A stretch of DNA of 64,000 nucleotides, taken from contig OZ024742.1 in NCBI GenBank assembly GCA_964016885.1, forward strand, positions 372,868,001 to 372,932,000, given 5' to 3'. The notes under the pieces are model-generated. The model saw only the letters and a list, made by a program, of their open reading frames with translations, did not search any database and was not told the origin of the DNA. This stretch comes from Eledone cirrhosa. Taxonomy: Eukaryota. Positions 29,851 to 45,600 of this stretch are shown piece after piece (the stretch's first letter is position 1; each line of letters starts with the position of its first letter). The translations under genes and the position numbers were made by a program.

Positions 29851-32800
29851 AACTGTAAATTTCATTCTATAAACTGTAAATCTCTTTCTATATAAACTGT
29901 AAATCTCATTCTATATAAACTGTAAATCTCTTTCTATATAAACTGTAAATCTCATTCTATATAAACTGTAAATCTCATTCTATAAACTGTAAATCTCTTT
30001 CTATATAAACTGTAAATCTCATTCTATATAAGCTGTAAATCTCATTCTATTAACTGTAAATCTCTTTCTATATAAACTGTAAATCTCATTCTATATAAAC
30101 TCTATATATCATTCTATAAACTGTAAATCTCAGTCTATAAACTGTAAATCTCTTTCTATATAAACTGTAAATCTCTTTCTATATGAACTGTAAATCTCTT
30201 TCTATATAAACTGTAAATCTCATTCTATGTAAGCTGTAAATCTCATTCTATGAACTGGAAATCTCTTTCTATATAAACTGTAAATCTCATTCTATGTAAA
30301 CTGTAAATCTCATTCTATATAAACTGTAAATCTCTTTCTATATAAACTCTAAATCTCATTCTATATAAACTGTAAATCTCTTTCTATATAAACTGTAAAT
30401 CTCATTCTATATAAACTGTAAATCCCACTCTATAAACTGTAAATCCCTTTCTATATAACCTGTAAATCTCTTTCTATAGAAACTGTAAATCTCATGCTAT
30501 AAACGGTAAATCTCATTCTATATAAACTGTAAATCTCATTCTATATAAACTCTGAATCTGATTCTATATAAACTGTAACTCTCATTTTATATAAACTGTG
30601 AATCTCATTCTATATAAACTGTATATCTCATTCTATATAAACTGTAAATCTCATTCGATAAACTGTAAATCTCTTTCTATATAAACTGTAAATCTCATTC
30701 TATATAAGCTGTAAATCTCATTCTATATAAACTGTAAATCTCATTCTATATAAACTGTAAATCTCATTCTATATAAGCTGTAAATCTCATTCTATTAACT
30801 GTAAATCTCATTCTATATAAACTGTAAATCTCATTCTATATAAACTGTATATATCATTCTATAAACTGTAAATCTCAGTCTATAAACTGTAAATCTCTTT
30901 CTATATAAACTGTAAATCTCTTTCTATATGAACTGTAAATCTCTTTCTATATAAACTGTAAATCTCATTCTATGTAAGCTGTAAATCTCATTCTATGAAC
31001 TGTAAATCTCTTTCTATATAAACTGTAAATCTCATTCTATATAAACTGTAAATCTCATTCTATGAACTGTAAATCTCTTTCTATATAAACTGTAAATCTC
31101 ATTCTATATAAACTGTAAATTTCATTCTATAAACTGTAAATCTCTTTCTATATAAACTGTAAATCTCATTCTATATAAACTGTAAATCTCTTTCTATATA
31201 AACTGTAAATCTCATTCTATATAAACTGTGAATCTCATTCTATAAACTGTAAATCTCTTTCTATATAAACTGTAAATATCATTCTATATACACTGTAAAT
31301 CTCTTTCTATATAAACTGTAAATCCCATTCTATATAAACTGTATATATCATTCTATAAACTGTAAATCACATCCTATAAACTGTAAATCTCTTTCTATAT
31401 AAACTGTAAATCTCATTCTATATAAACTGTAGATCTCTTTCTATATGAACTGTAAATCTCATTCTATATAACTTGTAAATCTCATTCTATAAACTGTGAA
31501 TCTCATTCTATATAAACTGTAAGTCTCATTCTATAAACTGCAAATCTCATTCTATGAACTGTAAATCTCTTTCTATATAAACTGTAAATCTCATTCTATA
31601 TAAAATGTAAATCTCATTCTATAAACTGTAAATCTCTTTCTGTATAAACTGTAAATCTCATGCTATATAAACTGTAAATCTCTTTCTATATAAACTGTAA
31701 ATTTCATTCTATAAACTGTAAATCTCTTTCTATATAAACTGTAAATCTAATTCTATATAAACTGTAAATCTCTTTCTATATAAACTGTAAATCTCATTCT
31801 ATATAAACTGTGAATCTCATTCTATAAGCTGTAAATCTCTTTCTATATAAACTGTAAATCTCATTCTATATACACTGTAAATCTCTTTCTATATAAACTG
31901 TAAATCTCATTCTATATAAACTGTAAATCTCATTCTATAAACTGTAAATCCCTTTCCATATAAACTGTAAATCTCATTCTATATAAGCTGTAAATCTCAT
32001 TCTATAAACTGTACATCTCTTTCTATATAAACTGTAAATCCCATTCTATATAAACTGTATATATCATTCTATAAACTGTAAATCTCATTCTATATACTGT
32101 AAATCTCTTTCTATATAAACTGTAAATCTAATTCTATATTAACTGTAAATCTGATTCTATAAACTGTAAATCTCTTTCTATATAAACTGTAAATCTCACT
32201 CTATATAAACTGAAAATCTCTTTCTATATAAACTGTAAATCTCGTTCTATATAAGCTGTAAATCTCATTCTATAAACTGTAAATCTCTTTCTATATAAAC
32301 TGTAAATCCCATTCTATATAAACTGTATATATCATTATATAAACTGTAAATCACATTCTATAAACTGTAAATCTCTTTCTATATAAACTGTAACTCTCAT
32401 TTTATATAAACTGTGAATCTCTTTCTATATAAACTGTAAATCTAATTCTATATAAACTGTAAATCTCTTTCTATATAAACTGTAAATCTCATTCTATATA
32501 AACTGTGAATCTCATTCTATAAGCTGTAAATCTCTTTCTATATAAACTGTAAATCTCATTCTATATACACTGTAAATCTCTTTCTATATAAACTGTAAAT
32601 CTCATTCTATATAAACTGTAAATCTCATTCTATAAACTGTAAATCCCTTTCCATATAAACTGTAAATCTCATTCTATATAAGCTGTAAATCTCATTCTAT
32701 AAACTGTACATCTCTTTCTATATAAACTGTAAATCCCATTCTATATAAACTGTATATATCATTCTATAAACTGTAAATCTCATTCTATATACTGTAAATC

Positions 32801-34209
32801 TCTTTCTATATAAACTGTAAATCTAATTCTATATTAACTGTAAATCTGATTCTATAAACTGTAAATCTCTTTCTATATAAACTGTAAATCTCACTCTATA
32901 TAAACTGTAAATCTCTTTCTATATAAACTGTAAATCTCGTTCTATATAAGCTGTAAATCTCATTCTATAAACTGTAAATCTCTTTCTATATAAACTGTAA
33001 ATCCCATTCTATATAAACTGTATATATCATTATATAAACTGTAAATCACATTCTATAAACTGTAAATCTCTTTCTATATAAACTGTAAATCTCATTCTAT
33101 ATAAACTGTAAATCTATTTCTATATGAACTGTAAATCTCATTCTATATAAATTGTAAATCTCATTCTATAAACTGTGAATCTCATTCTATATAAACTGTA
33201 AATCTCATTCTATAAACTGTAAATCTCATTCTATGAACTGTAAATCTCTTTCTATATAAACTGTAAATCTCATTCTATATAAACTGTAAATCTCATTCTA
33301 TAGACTGTAAATCTCTTTCTGTATAAACTGTAAATCTCATTCTATATAAACTGTAAATCTCTTTCTATATAAACTGTAAATTTCATTCTATAAACTGTAA
33401 ATCTCATTCTATATAAACTGTAAATCTCATTCTATAAACTGTAAATCTCATTCTATATAAACTGTAAATCTCTTTCTATATAACCTGTAAATCTCTTTCT
33501 ATATAACCTGTAAATCTCTTTCTATATAAACTGTTAATCTCATGCTATAAACTGTAAATCTCATTCTATATAAACTGTAAATCTCTTTCTATATAACCTG
33601 TAAATCTCTTTCTATATAACCTGTAAATCTCTTTCTATATAAACTGTAAATCTCATGCTATAGACTGTAAATCTCATTCTATATGAACTGTAAATCTCTT
33701 TCTATATTAACTGTAAATCTCATTCTATATAATCTGTAAATCTCATTCGATAAACTGTAAATCTCTTTTTATATAAACAGTAAATCTCATTCTATATAAA
33801 CTGTAAATCTCATTCTATGAACTGTAAATCTCTTTCTATATAAACTGTAAATCTCATTCTATATAAAATGTAAATCTCATTCTATAAACTGTAAATCTCA
33901 TTCTATATAAACTGTAAATCTCATTCTATATAAACTGTAAATCTCTTTCTATATAAACTGTAAATTTCATTCTATAAACTCTAAATCTCTTTCTATATAA
34001 ACTGTAAATCTCATTCAATATAAACTGTAAATCTCTTTCTATATAAATGTAAATCTCATTCTATATAAACTGAATCTCATTCTATATAAACTGTAAATCT
34101 CTTTCTATATAAACTGTAAATCTCATTCTATATAAACTGTAAATCTCATTCTATATAAACTGTAAATCTCATTCTATAAACTGTAAATCTCTTTCTATAT
34201 AAACTGTAA

Positions 34210-36690
34210 ATCTCATTCTATATAAACTGTAAATCTCATTCTATTAACTGTAAATCTCATTCTATATAAACTGTAAATCTCATTCTATATAAATTGTATA
34301 TATCATTCTATAAACTGTAAATCTCAGTCTATAAACTGTAAATCTCTTTCTATATAAACTGTAAATCTCTTTCTATATGAACTGTAAATCTCTTTCTATA
34401 TAAACTGTAAATCTCATTCTATATAAGCTGTAAATCTCATTCTATGAACTGTAAATCTCTTTCTATATAAACTGTAAATCTCTTTCTATATAAACTGTAA
34501 ATTTCATTCTATAAACTGTAAATCTCTTTCTATATAAACTGTAAATCTCATTCTATATAAACTGTAAATCTCTTTCTATATAAACTGTAAATCTCATTCT
34601 ATATAAACTGTAAATCTCATTCTATAAACTGTAAATCTCTTTCTATATAAACTGTAAATCTCATTCTATATAAGCTGTAAATCTCATTCTATTAACTGTA
34701 AATCTCTTTCTATATAAACTGTAAATCTCATTCTATATAAACTCTATATATCATTCTATAAACTGTAAATCTCAGTCTATAAACTGTAAATCTCTTTCTA
34801 TATAAACTGTAAATCTCTTTCTATATGAACTGTAAATCTCTTTCTATATAAACTGTAAATCTCATTCTATGTAAGCTGTAAATCTCATTCTATGAACTGG
34901 AAATCTCTTTCTATATAAACTGTAAATCTCATTCTATGTAAACTGTAAATCTCATTCTATATAAACTGTAAATCTCTTTCTATATAAACTGTAAATCTCA
35001 TTCTATATAAACTGTAAATCTCTTTCTATATAAACTGTAAATCTCATTCTATATAAACTGTAAATCCCACTCTATAAACTGTAAATCCCTTTCTATATAA
35101 CCTGTAAATCTCTTTCTATAGAAACTGTAAATCTCATGCTATAAACGGTAAATCTCATTCTATATAAACTGTAAATCTCATTCTATATAAACTCTGAATC
35201 TGATTCTATATAAACTGTAACTCTCATTTTATATAAACTGTGAATCTCATTCTATATAAACTGTATATCTCATTCTATATAAACTGTAAATCTCATTCGA
35301 TAAACTGTAAATCTCTTTCTATATAAACTGTAAATCTCATTCTATATAAACTGTAAATCTCATTCTATATAAACTGTAAATCTCATTCTATATAAACTGT
35401 AAATCTCATTCTATATAAGCTGTAAATCTCATTCTATTAACTGTAAATCTCATTCTATATAAACTGTAAATCTCATTCTATTAACTGTAAATCTCATTCT
35501 ATATAAACTGTAAATCTCATTCTATATAAATTGTATATATCATTCTATAAACTGTAAATCTCAGTCTATAAACTGTAAATCTCTTTCTATATAAACTGTA
35601 AATCTCTTTCTATATGAACTGTAAATCTCTTTCTATATAAACTGTAAATCTCATTCTATATAAGCTGTAAATCTCATTCTATGAACTGTAAATCTCTTTC
35701 TATATAAACTGTAAATCTCTTTCTATATAAACTGTAAATTTCATTCTATAAACTGTAAATCTCTTTCTATATAAACTGTAAATCTCATTCTATATAAACT
35801 GTAAATCTCTTTCTATATAAACTGTAAATCTCATTCTATATAAACTGTAAATCTCATTCTATAAACTGTAAATCTCTTTCTATATAAACTGTAAATCTCA
35901 TTCTATATAAGCTGTAAATCTCATTCTATTAACTGTAAATCTCTTTCTATATAAACTGTAAATCTCATTCTATATAAACTCTATATATCATTCTATAAAC
36001 TGTAAATCTCAGTCTATAAACTGTAAATCTCTTTCTATATAAACTGTAAATCTCTTTCTATATGAACTGTAAATCTCTTTCTATATAAACTGTAAATCTC
36101 ATTCTATGTAAGCTGTAAATCTCATTCTATGAACTGGAAATCTCTTTCTATATAAACTGTAAATCTCATTCTATGTAAACTGTAAATCTCATTCTATATA
36201 AACTGTAAATCTCTTTCTATATAAACTGTAAATCTCATTCTATATAAACTGTAAATCTCTTTCTATATAAACTGTAAATCTCATTCTATATAAACTGTAA
36301 ATCGCACTCTATAAACTGTAAATCCCTTTCTATATAACCTGTAAATCTCTTTCTATAGAAACTGTAAATCTCATGCTATAAACGGTAAATCTCATTCTAT
36401 ATAAACTGTAAATCTCATTCTATATAAACTCTGAATCTGATTCTATATAAACTGTAACTCTCATTTTATATAAACTGTGAATCTCATTCTATATAAACTG
36501 TATATCTCATTCTATATAAACTGTAAATCTCATTCGATAAACTGTAAATCTCTTTCTATATAAACTGTAAATCTCATTCTATATAAGCTGTAAATCTCAT
36601 TCTATATAAACTGTAAATCTCATTCTATATAAACTGTAAATCTCATTCTATATAAGCTGTAAATCTCATTCTATTAACTGTAAATCTCAT
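34210..36690. repeat. 1237-bp tandem duplication
   Basis: aaattgtatatatc 34294/35531; tggaaa 34898/36135; aaacggt 35146/36383. Confidence 0.88.
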
Positions 36691-39600
36691 TCTATATAAA
36701 CTGTAAATCTCATTCTATATAAACTGTATATATCATTCTATAAACTGTAAATCTCAGTCTATAAACTGTAAATCTCTTTCTATATAAACTGTAAATCTCT
36801 TTCTATATGAACTGTAAATCTCTTTCTATATAAACTGTAAATCTCATTCTATATAAGCTGTAAATCTCATTCTATGAACTGTAAATCTCTTTCTATATAA
36901 ACTGTAAATCTCATTCTATATAAACTGTAAATCTCATTCTATAAACTGTAGATCTCTTTCTATATAAACTGTAAATCTCATTCTATATAAACTGTAAATC
37001 TCTTTCTATATAAACTGTAAATTTCATTCTATAAACTGTAAATCTCTTTCTATATAAACTGTAAATCTCATTCTATATAAACTGTAAATCTCTTTCTATA
37101 TAAACTGTAAATCTCATTCTATATAAACTGTAAATCTCATTCTATAAACTGTAAATCTCTTTCTATATAAACTGTAAATCTCATTCTATATAAGCTGTAA
37201 ATCTCATTCTATTAACTGTAAATCTCTTTCTATATAAACTGTAAATCTCATTCTATATAAACTCTATATATCATTCTATAAACTGTAAATCTCAGTCTAT
37301 AAACTGTAAATCTCTTTCTATATAAACTGTAAATCTCTTTCTATATGAACTGTAAATCTCTTTGTATATAAACTGTAAATCTCATTCTATGTAAGCTGTA
37401 AATCTCATTCTATGAACTGGAAATCTCTTTCTATATAAACTGTAAATCTCTTTCTATATAAACTGTAAATCTCATTCTATATAAACTGTAAATCTCTTTC
37501 TATATAAACTGTAAATCTCATTCTATATAAACTGTAAATCCCATTCTATAAACTGTAAATCCCTTTCTATATAACCTGTAAATCTCTTTCTATAGAAACT
37601 GTAAATCTCATGCTATAAACGGTAAATCTCATTCTATATAAACTTTAAATCTCATTCTATATAAACTCTGAATCTGATTATATATAAACTGTAACTCTCA
37701 TTTTATATAAACTGTGAATCTCATTCTATATAAACTGTATATCTCATTCTATATAAACTGTAAATCTCATTCGATAAACTGTAAATCTCTTTTTATATAA
37801 AATGTAAATCTCATTCTATAAACTGTAAATCTCTTTCTATATAAACTGTAAATCTCATTCTATATAAACTGTAAATCTCTTTCTATATAAACTGTAAATC
37901 TCATGCTATAAACTGAAAATCTCATTCTATATAAACTGTAAATCTCTTTCTATATAAACTCTGAATCTGATTCTATATAAACTGTAACTCTCATTTCATA
38001 TAAACTGCGAATCTCATTCTATATAAACTGTATATCTCATTCTATATAAACTGTAAATCTCATTCGATAAACTGTAAATCTCTTTTTATATAAACTGTAA
38101 ATCTCATTCTATATAAACTGTAAATCTCATTCTATATAAAATGTAAATCTCATTCTATAAACTGTAAATCTCTTTCTATATAAATTGTAAATCTCATTCT
38201 ATATAAACTGTAAATCTCTTTCTATATAAACTGTAAATTTCATTCTATAAACTGTAAATCTCTTTCTATATAAACTGTAAATCTCATTCTATATAAACTG
38301 TAAATCTCATTCTATATAAACTGTAAATCTCATTCTATAAACTGTAAATCTCTTTCTATATAAACTGTAAATCTCATTCTATATAAGCTGTAAATCTCAT
38401 TCTATTAACTGTAAATCTCATTCTATATAAACTGTAAATCTCATTCTATATAAACTGTATATATCATTCTATAAACTGTAGATCTCAGTCTATAAACTGT
38501 AAATCTCAGTCTATAAACTGTAAATCTCTTTCTATATATACTGTAAATCTCTTTCTATATAAACTGTAAATTTCATTCTATAAACTCTAAATCTCTTTCT
38601 ATATAAACTGTAAATCTCATTCTATATAAACTGTAAATCTCTTTCTATATAAACTGTAAATCTCATTCTATATAAACTGTAAATCTCTTTCTATATAAAC
38701 TGTAAATCTCATTCTATATAAACTGTAAATCTCATTCTATATAAGCTGTAAATCTCATTCTATTAACTGTAAATCTCATTCTATATAAACTGTAAATCTC
38801 ATTCTATATAAACTGTATATATCATTCTATAAACTGTAAATCTCAGTCTATAAACTGTAAATCTCTTTCTATATAAACTGTAAATCTCTTTCTATATGAA
38901 CTGTAAATCTCTTTCTATATAAACTGTAAATCTCATTCTATATAAGCTGTAAATCTCATTCTATGAACCGTAAATCTCTTTCTATATAAACTGTAAATCT
39001 CATTCTATATAAACTGTAAATCTCATTCTATAAACTGTAGATCTCTTTCTATATAAACTGTAAATCTCATTCTATATAAACTGTAAATCTCTTTCTATAT
39101 AAACTGTAAATTTCATTCTATAAACTGTAAATCTCTTTCTATATAAACTGTAAATCTCATTCTATATAAACTGTAAATCTCTTTCTATATAAACTGTAAA
39201 TCTCATTCTATATAAACTGTAAATCTCATTCTATAAACTGTAAATCTCTTTCTATATAAACTGTAAATCTCATTCTATATAAGCTGTAAATCTCATTCTA
39301 TTAACTGTAAATCTCTTTCTATATAAACTGTAAATCTCATTCTATATAAACTCTATATATCATTCTATAAACTGTAAATCTCAGTCTATAAACTGTAAAT
39401 CTCTTTCTATATAAACTGTAAATCTCTTTCTATATGAACTGTAAATCTCTTTCTATATAAACTGTAAATCTCATTCTATGTAAGCTGTAAATCTCATTCT
39501 ATGAACTGGAAATCTCTTTCTATATAAACTGTAAATCTCATTCTATGTAAACTGTAAATCTCATTCTATATAAACTGTAAATCTCTTTCTATATAAACTG

Positions 39601-42600
39601 TAAATCTCATTCTATATAAACTGTAAATCTCTTTCTATATAAACTGTAAATCTCATTCTATATAAACTGTAAATCTCATTCTATAAACTGTAAATCCCTT
39701 TCTATATAACCTGTAAATCTCTTTCTATAGAAACTGTAAATCTCATGCTATAAACGGTAAATCTCATTCTATATAAACTGTAAATCTCATTCTATATAAA
39801 CTCTGAATCTGATTCTATATAAACTGTAACTCTCATTTTATATAAACTGTGAATCTCATTCTATATAAACTGTATATCTCATTCTATATAAACTGTAAAT
39901 CTCATTCGATAAACTGTAAATCTCTTTTTATATAAAATGTAAATCTCATTCTATAAACTGTAAATCTCTTTCTATATAAACTGTAAATCTCATTCTATAT
40001 AAACTGTAAATCTCTTTCTATATAAACTGTAAATCTCATGCTATAAACTGAAAATCTCATTCTATATAAACTGTAAATCTCTTTCTATATAAACTCTGAA
40101 TCTGATTCTATATAAACTGTAACTCTCATTTCATATAAACTGCGAATCTCATTCTATATAAACTGTATATCTCATTCTATATAAACTGTAAATCTCATTC
40201 GATAAACTGTAAATCTCTTTTTATATAAACTGTAAATCTCATTCTATATAAACTGTAAATCTCATTCTATATAAAATGCAAATCTCATTCTATAAACTGT
40301 AAATCTCTTTCTATATAAACTGTAAATCTCATTCTATATAAACTGTAAATCTCTTTCTATATAAACTGTAAATTTCATTCTATAAATTCTAAATCTCTTT
40401 CTATATAAACTGTAAATCTCATTCTATATAAACTGTAAATCTCTTTCTATATAAACTGTAAATCTCATTCTATATAAACTGAATCTCATTCTATATAAAC
40501 TGTAAATCTCTTTCTATATAAACTGTAAATCTCATTCTATATAAACTGTAAATCTCATTCTATATAAACTGTATATATCATTCTATAAACTGTAAATCTC
40601 AGTCTATAAACTGTAAATCTCAGTCTATAAACTGTAAATCTCTTTCTATATATACTGTAAATCTCTTTCTATATAAACTGTAAATTTCATTCTATAAACT
40701 CTAAATCTCTTTCTATATAAACTGTAAATCTCATTCTATATAAACTGTAAATCTCTTTCTATATAAACTGTAAATCTCATTCTATATAAACTGTAAATCT
40801 CTTTCAATATAAACTGTAAATCTCATTCTATATAAACTGTGAATCTCATTCTATATAAACTGTAAATCTCATTCTATAAACTGTAAATCTCTTTCTATAT
40901 AAACTGTAAATCTCATTCTATATAAGCTGTAAATCTCATTCTATTAACTGTAAATCTCTTTCTATATAAACTGTAAATCTCATTCTATATAAACTGTATA
41001 TATCATTCTATAAAGTGTAAATCTCAGTCTATAAACTGTAAATCTCTTTCTATATAAACTGTAAATCTCTTTCTATATGAACTGTAATTCTCTTTCTATA
41101 TAAACTGTAAATGTCATTCTATAAACTCTAAATCTCTTTCTATATAAACTGTAAATCTCATTCTATATAAACTGTAAATCTCTTTCTATATAAACTGTAA
41201 ATCTCATTCTATATAAACTGTAAATCTCTTTCTATATAAACTGTAAATCTCATTCTATATAAACTGTGAATCTCATTCTATATAAACTGTAAATCTCATT
41301 CTATATACTGTAAATCTCTTTCTATATTAACTGTAAATCTCATTCTATATAAGCTGTAAATCTCATTCTATGAACTGTAAATCTCTTTCTATATAAACTG
41401 TAAATCTCATTCTACATAAACTGTAAATCTCATTCTATAAACTGTAAATCTCATTCTATATAAACTGTAAATCTCATTCTATATAAACTGTAAATCTCTT
41501 TCTATATAAACTGTAAATTTCATTCTATAAACTGTAAATCTCTTTCTATATAAACTGTAAACCTCATTCTATATAAACTGTAAATCTCATTCTATATAAA
41601 CTGTAAATCTCATTCTATAAACTGTAAATCTCTTTCTATATAAACTGTAAATCTCTTTCTATATGAACTGTAAATTTCTTTCTATATAAACTGTAAATCT
41701 CATTCTATATAAGCTGTAAATCTCATTCTATGAACTGTTAATATCTTTCTATATAAACTGTAAATCTCATTCTACATAATCTGTAAATCTCATTCTATAA
41801 ACTGTAAATCTCTTTCTATATAAACTGTAAATCTCATTCTATATAAACTGTAAATCTCTTTCTATATAAACTGTAAATTTCATTCTATAAACTGTAAATC
41901 TCTTTCTATATAAACTGTAAATCTCATTCTATATAAACTGTAAATCTCATTCTATATAAGCTGTAAATCTCATTCTATTAACTGTAAATCTCTTTCTATA
42001 TAAACTGTAAATCTCATTCTATATAAACTGTATATATCATTCTATAAACTGTAAATCTCAGTCTATAAACTGTAAATCTCTTTCTCTATAAACTGTAAAT
42101 CTCTTTCTATATGAACTGTAAATCTCTTTCTATATAAACTGTAAATCTCATTCTATGTAAGCTGTAAATCTCATTCTATGAACTGTAAATCTCTTTCTAT
42201 ATAAACTGTAAATCTCATTCTATATAAACTGTAAATCTCATTCTATGAACTGTAAATCTCTTTCTATATAAACTGTAAATCTCATTCTATATAAACTGTA
42301 AATTTCATTCTATAAACTGTAAATCTCTTTCTATATAAACTGTAAATCTCATTCTATATAAACTCTATATATCATTCTATAAACTGTAAATCTCAGTCTA
42401 TAAACTGTAAATCTCTTTCTATATAAACTGTAAATCTCTTTCTATATGAACTGTAAATCTCTTTCTATATAAACTGTAAATCTCATTCTATGTAAGCTGT
42501 AAATCTCATTCTATGAACTGGAAATCTCTTTCTATATAAACTGTAAATCTCATTCTATGTAAACTGTAAATCTCATTCTATATAAACTGTAAATCTCATT

Positions 42601-45600
42601 CTATATAAACTGTAAATCTCATTCTATATAAACTGTAAATCTCTTTCTATATAAACTGTAAATCTCATTCTATATAAACTGTAAATCCCATTCTATAAAC
42701 TGTAAATCCCTTTCTATATAACCTGTAAATCTCTTTCTATAGAAACTGTAAATCTCATGCTATAAACGGTAAATCTCATTCTATATAAACTGTAAATCTC
42801 ATTCTATATAAACGCTGAATCTGATTCTATATAAACTGTAACTCTCATTTTATATAAACTGTGAATCTCATTCTATATAAACTGTATATCTCATTCTATA
42901 TAAACTGTAAATCTCATTCGATAAACTGTAAATCTCTTTCTATATAAACTGTAAATCTCATTCTATATAAGCTGTAAATCTCATTCTATATAAACTGTAA
43001 ATCTCATTCTATATAAACTGTAAATCTCATTCTATATAAGCTGTAAATCTCATTCTATTAACTGTAAATCTCATTCTATATAAACTGTAAATCTCATTCT
43101 ATATGAACTGTATATATCATTCTATAAACTGTAAATCTCAGTCTATAAACTGTAAATCTCTTTCTATATAAACTGTAAATCTCTTTCTATATGAACTGTA
43201 AATCTCTTTCTATATAAACTGTAAATCTCATTCTATATAAGCTGTAAATCTCATTCTATGAACTGTAAATCTCTTTCTATATAAACTGTAAATCTCATTC
43301 TATATAAACTGTAAATCTCATTCTATAAACTGTAGATCTCTTTCTATATAAACTGTAAATCTCATTCTATATAAACTGTAAATGTCTTTCTATATAAACT
43401 GTAAATTTCATTCTATAAACTGTAAATCTCTTTCTATATAAACTGTAAATCTCATTCTATATAAACTGTAAATCTCTTTCTATATAAACTGTAAATCTCA
43501 TTCTATATAAACTGTAAATCTCATTCTATAAACTGTAAATCTCTTTCTATATAAACTGTAAATCTCATTCTATATAAGCTGTAAATCTCATTCTATTAAC
43601 TGTAAATCTCTTTCTATATAAACTGTAAATCTCATTCTATATAAACTCTATATATCATTCTATAAACTGTAAATCTCAGTCTATAAACTGTAAATCTCTT
43701 TCTATATAAACTGTAAATCTCTTTCTATATGAACTGTAAATCTCTTTCTATATAAACTGTAAATCTCATTCTATGTAAGCTGTAAATCTCATTCTATGAA
43801 CTGGAAATCTCTTTCTATATAAACTGTAAATCTCATTCTATGTAAACTGTAAATCTCATTCTATATAAACTGTAAATCTCTTTCTATATAAACTGTAAAT
43901 CTCATTCTATATAAACTGTAAATCTCTTTCTATATAAACTGTAAATCTCATTCTATATAAACTGTAAATCCCATTCTATAAACTGTAAATCCCTTTCTAT
44001 ATAACCTGTAAATCTCTTTCTATAGAAACTGTAAATCTCATGCTATAAACGGTAAATTTCATTCTATATAAACTGTAAATCTCATTCTATATAAACTCTG
44101 AATCTGATTATATATAAACTGTAACTCTCATTTTATATAAACTGTGAATCTCATTCTATATAAACTGTATATCTCATTCTATATAAACTGTAAATCTCAT
44201 TCGATAAACTGTAAATCTCTTTTTATATAAAATGTAAATCTCATTCTATAAACTGTAAATCTCTTTCTATATAAACTGTAAATCTCATCTATATAAACTG
44301 TAAATCTCTTTCTATATAAACTGTAAATCTCATGCTATAAACTGAAAATCTCATTCTATATAAACTGTAAATCTCTTTCTATATAAACTCTGAATCTGAT
44401 TCTATATAAACTGTAACTCTCATTTCATATAAACTGCGAATCTCATTCTATATAAACTGTATATCTCATTCTATATAAACTGTAAATCTCATTCGATAAA
44501 CTGTAAATCTCTTTTTATATAAACTGTAAATCTCATTCTATATAAACTGTAAATCTCATTCTATATAAAATGTAAATCTCATTCTATAAACTGTAAATCT
44601 CTTTCTATATAAACTGTAAATCTCAATCTATATAAACTGTAAATCTCTTTCTATATAAACTGTAAATTTCATTCTATAAACTCTAAATCTCTTTCTATAT
44701 AAACTGTAAATCTCATTCTATATAAACTGTAAATCTCTTTCTATATAAACTGTAAATCTCATTCTATATAAACTGAATCTCATTCTATATAAACTGTAAA
44801 TCTCTTTCTATATAAACTGTAAATCTCATTCTATATAAACTGTAAATCTCATTCTATATAAACTGTAAATCTCATTCTATAAACTGTAAATCTCTTTCTA
44901 TATAAACTGTAAATCTCATTCTATATAAGCTGTAAATCTCATTCTATTAACTGTAAATCTCATTCTATATAAACTGTAAATCTCATTCTATATGAACTGT
45001 ATATATCATTCTATAAACTGTAGATCTCAGTCTATAAACTGTAAATCTCAGTCTATAAACTGTAAATCTCTTTCTATATATACTGTAAATCTCTTTCTAT
45101 ATAAACTGTAAATTTCATTCTATAAACTGTAAATCTCTTTCTATATAAACTGTAAATCTCATTCTATATAAACTGTAAATCTCTTTCTATATAAACTGTA
45201 AATCTCATTCTATATAAACTGTAAATCTCTTTCTATATAAACTGTAAATCTCATTCTATATAAACTGTGAATCTCATTCTATATAAACTGTAAATCTCAT
45301 TCTATAAACTGTAAATCTCTTTCTATATAAACTGTAAATCTCATTCTATATAAACTGTAAATCTCATTCTATATAAGCTGTAAATCTCATTCTATTAACT
45401 GTAAATCTCATTCTATATAAACTGTAAATCTCATTCTATATAAACTGTATATATCATTCTATAAACTGTAAATCTCAGTCTATAAACTGTAAATCTCTTT
45501 CTATATGAACTGTAAATCTCTTTCTATATAAACTGTAAATCTCATTCTATATAAGCTGTAAATCTCAATCTATGAACTGTAAATCTCTTTCTATATAAAC

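Larger units (their letters stand above)
24740..35400. repeat. 4642-bp tandem duplication; the first copy is expanded to 6163 bp by an internal 1521-bp duplication
   Basis: cacatcctata 25205/31368 and tgaaaatctctt 26048/32211 (offset 6163); aatcccactc 30421/35063 and aaacggt 30504/35146 (offset 4642 = 6163 - 1521). Confidence 0.92.

Noticed and set aside
36383-37620. Third copy of the 1237-bp unit (aaacggt again 1237 bp downstream)
   Set aside because: Internal markers shift (tggaaa offset 1283; 538-bp rather than 448-bp module; gattatata variant). It is an older paralog whose equal length comes from compensating indels.
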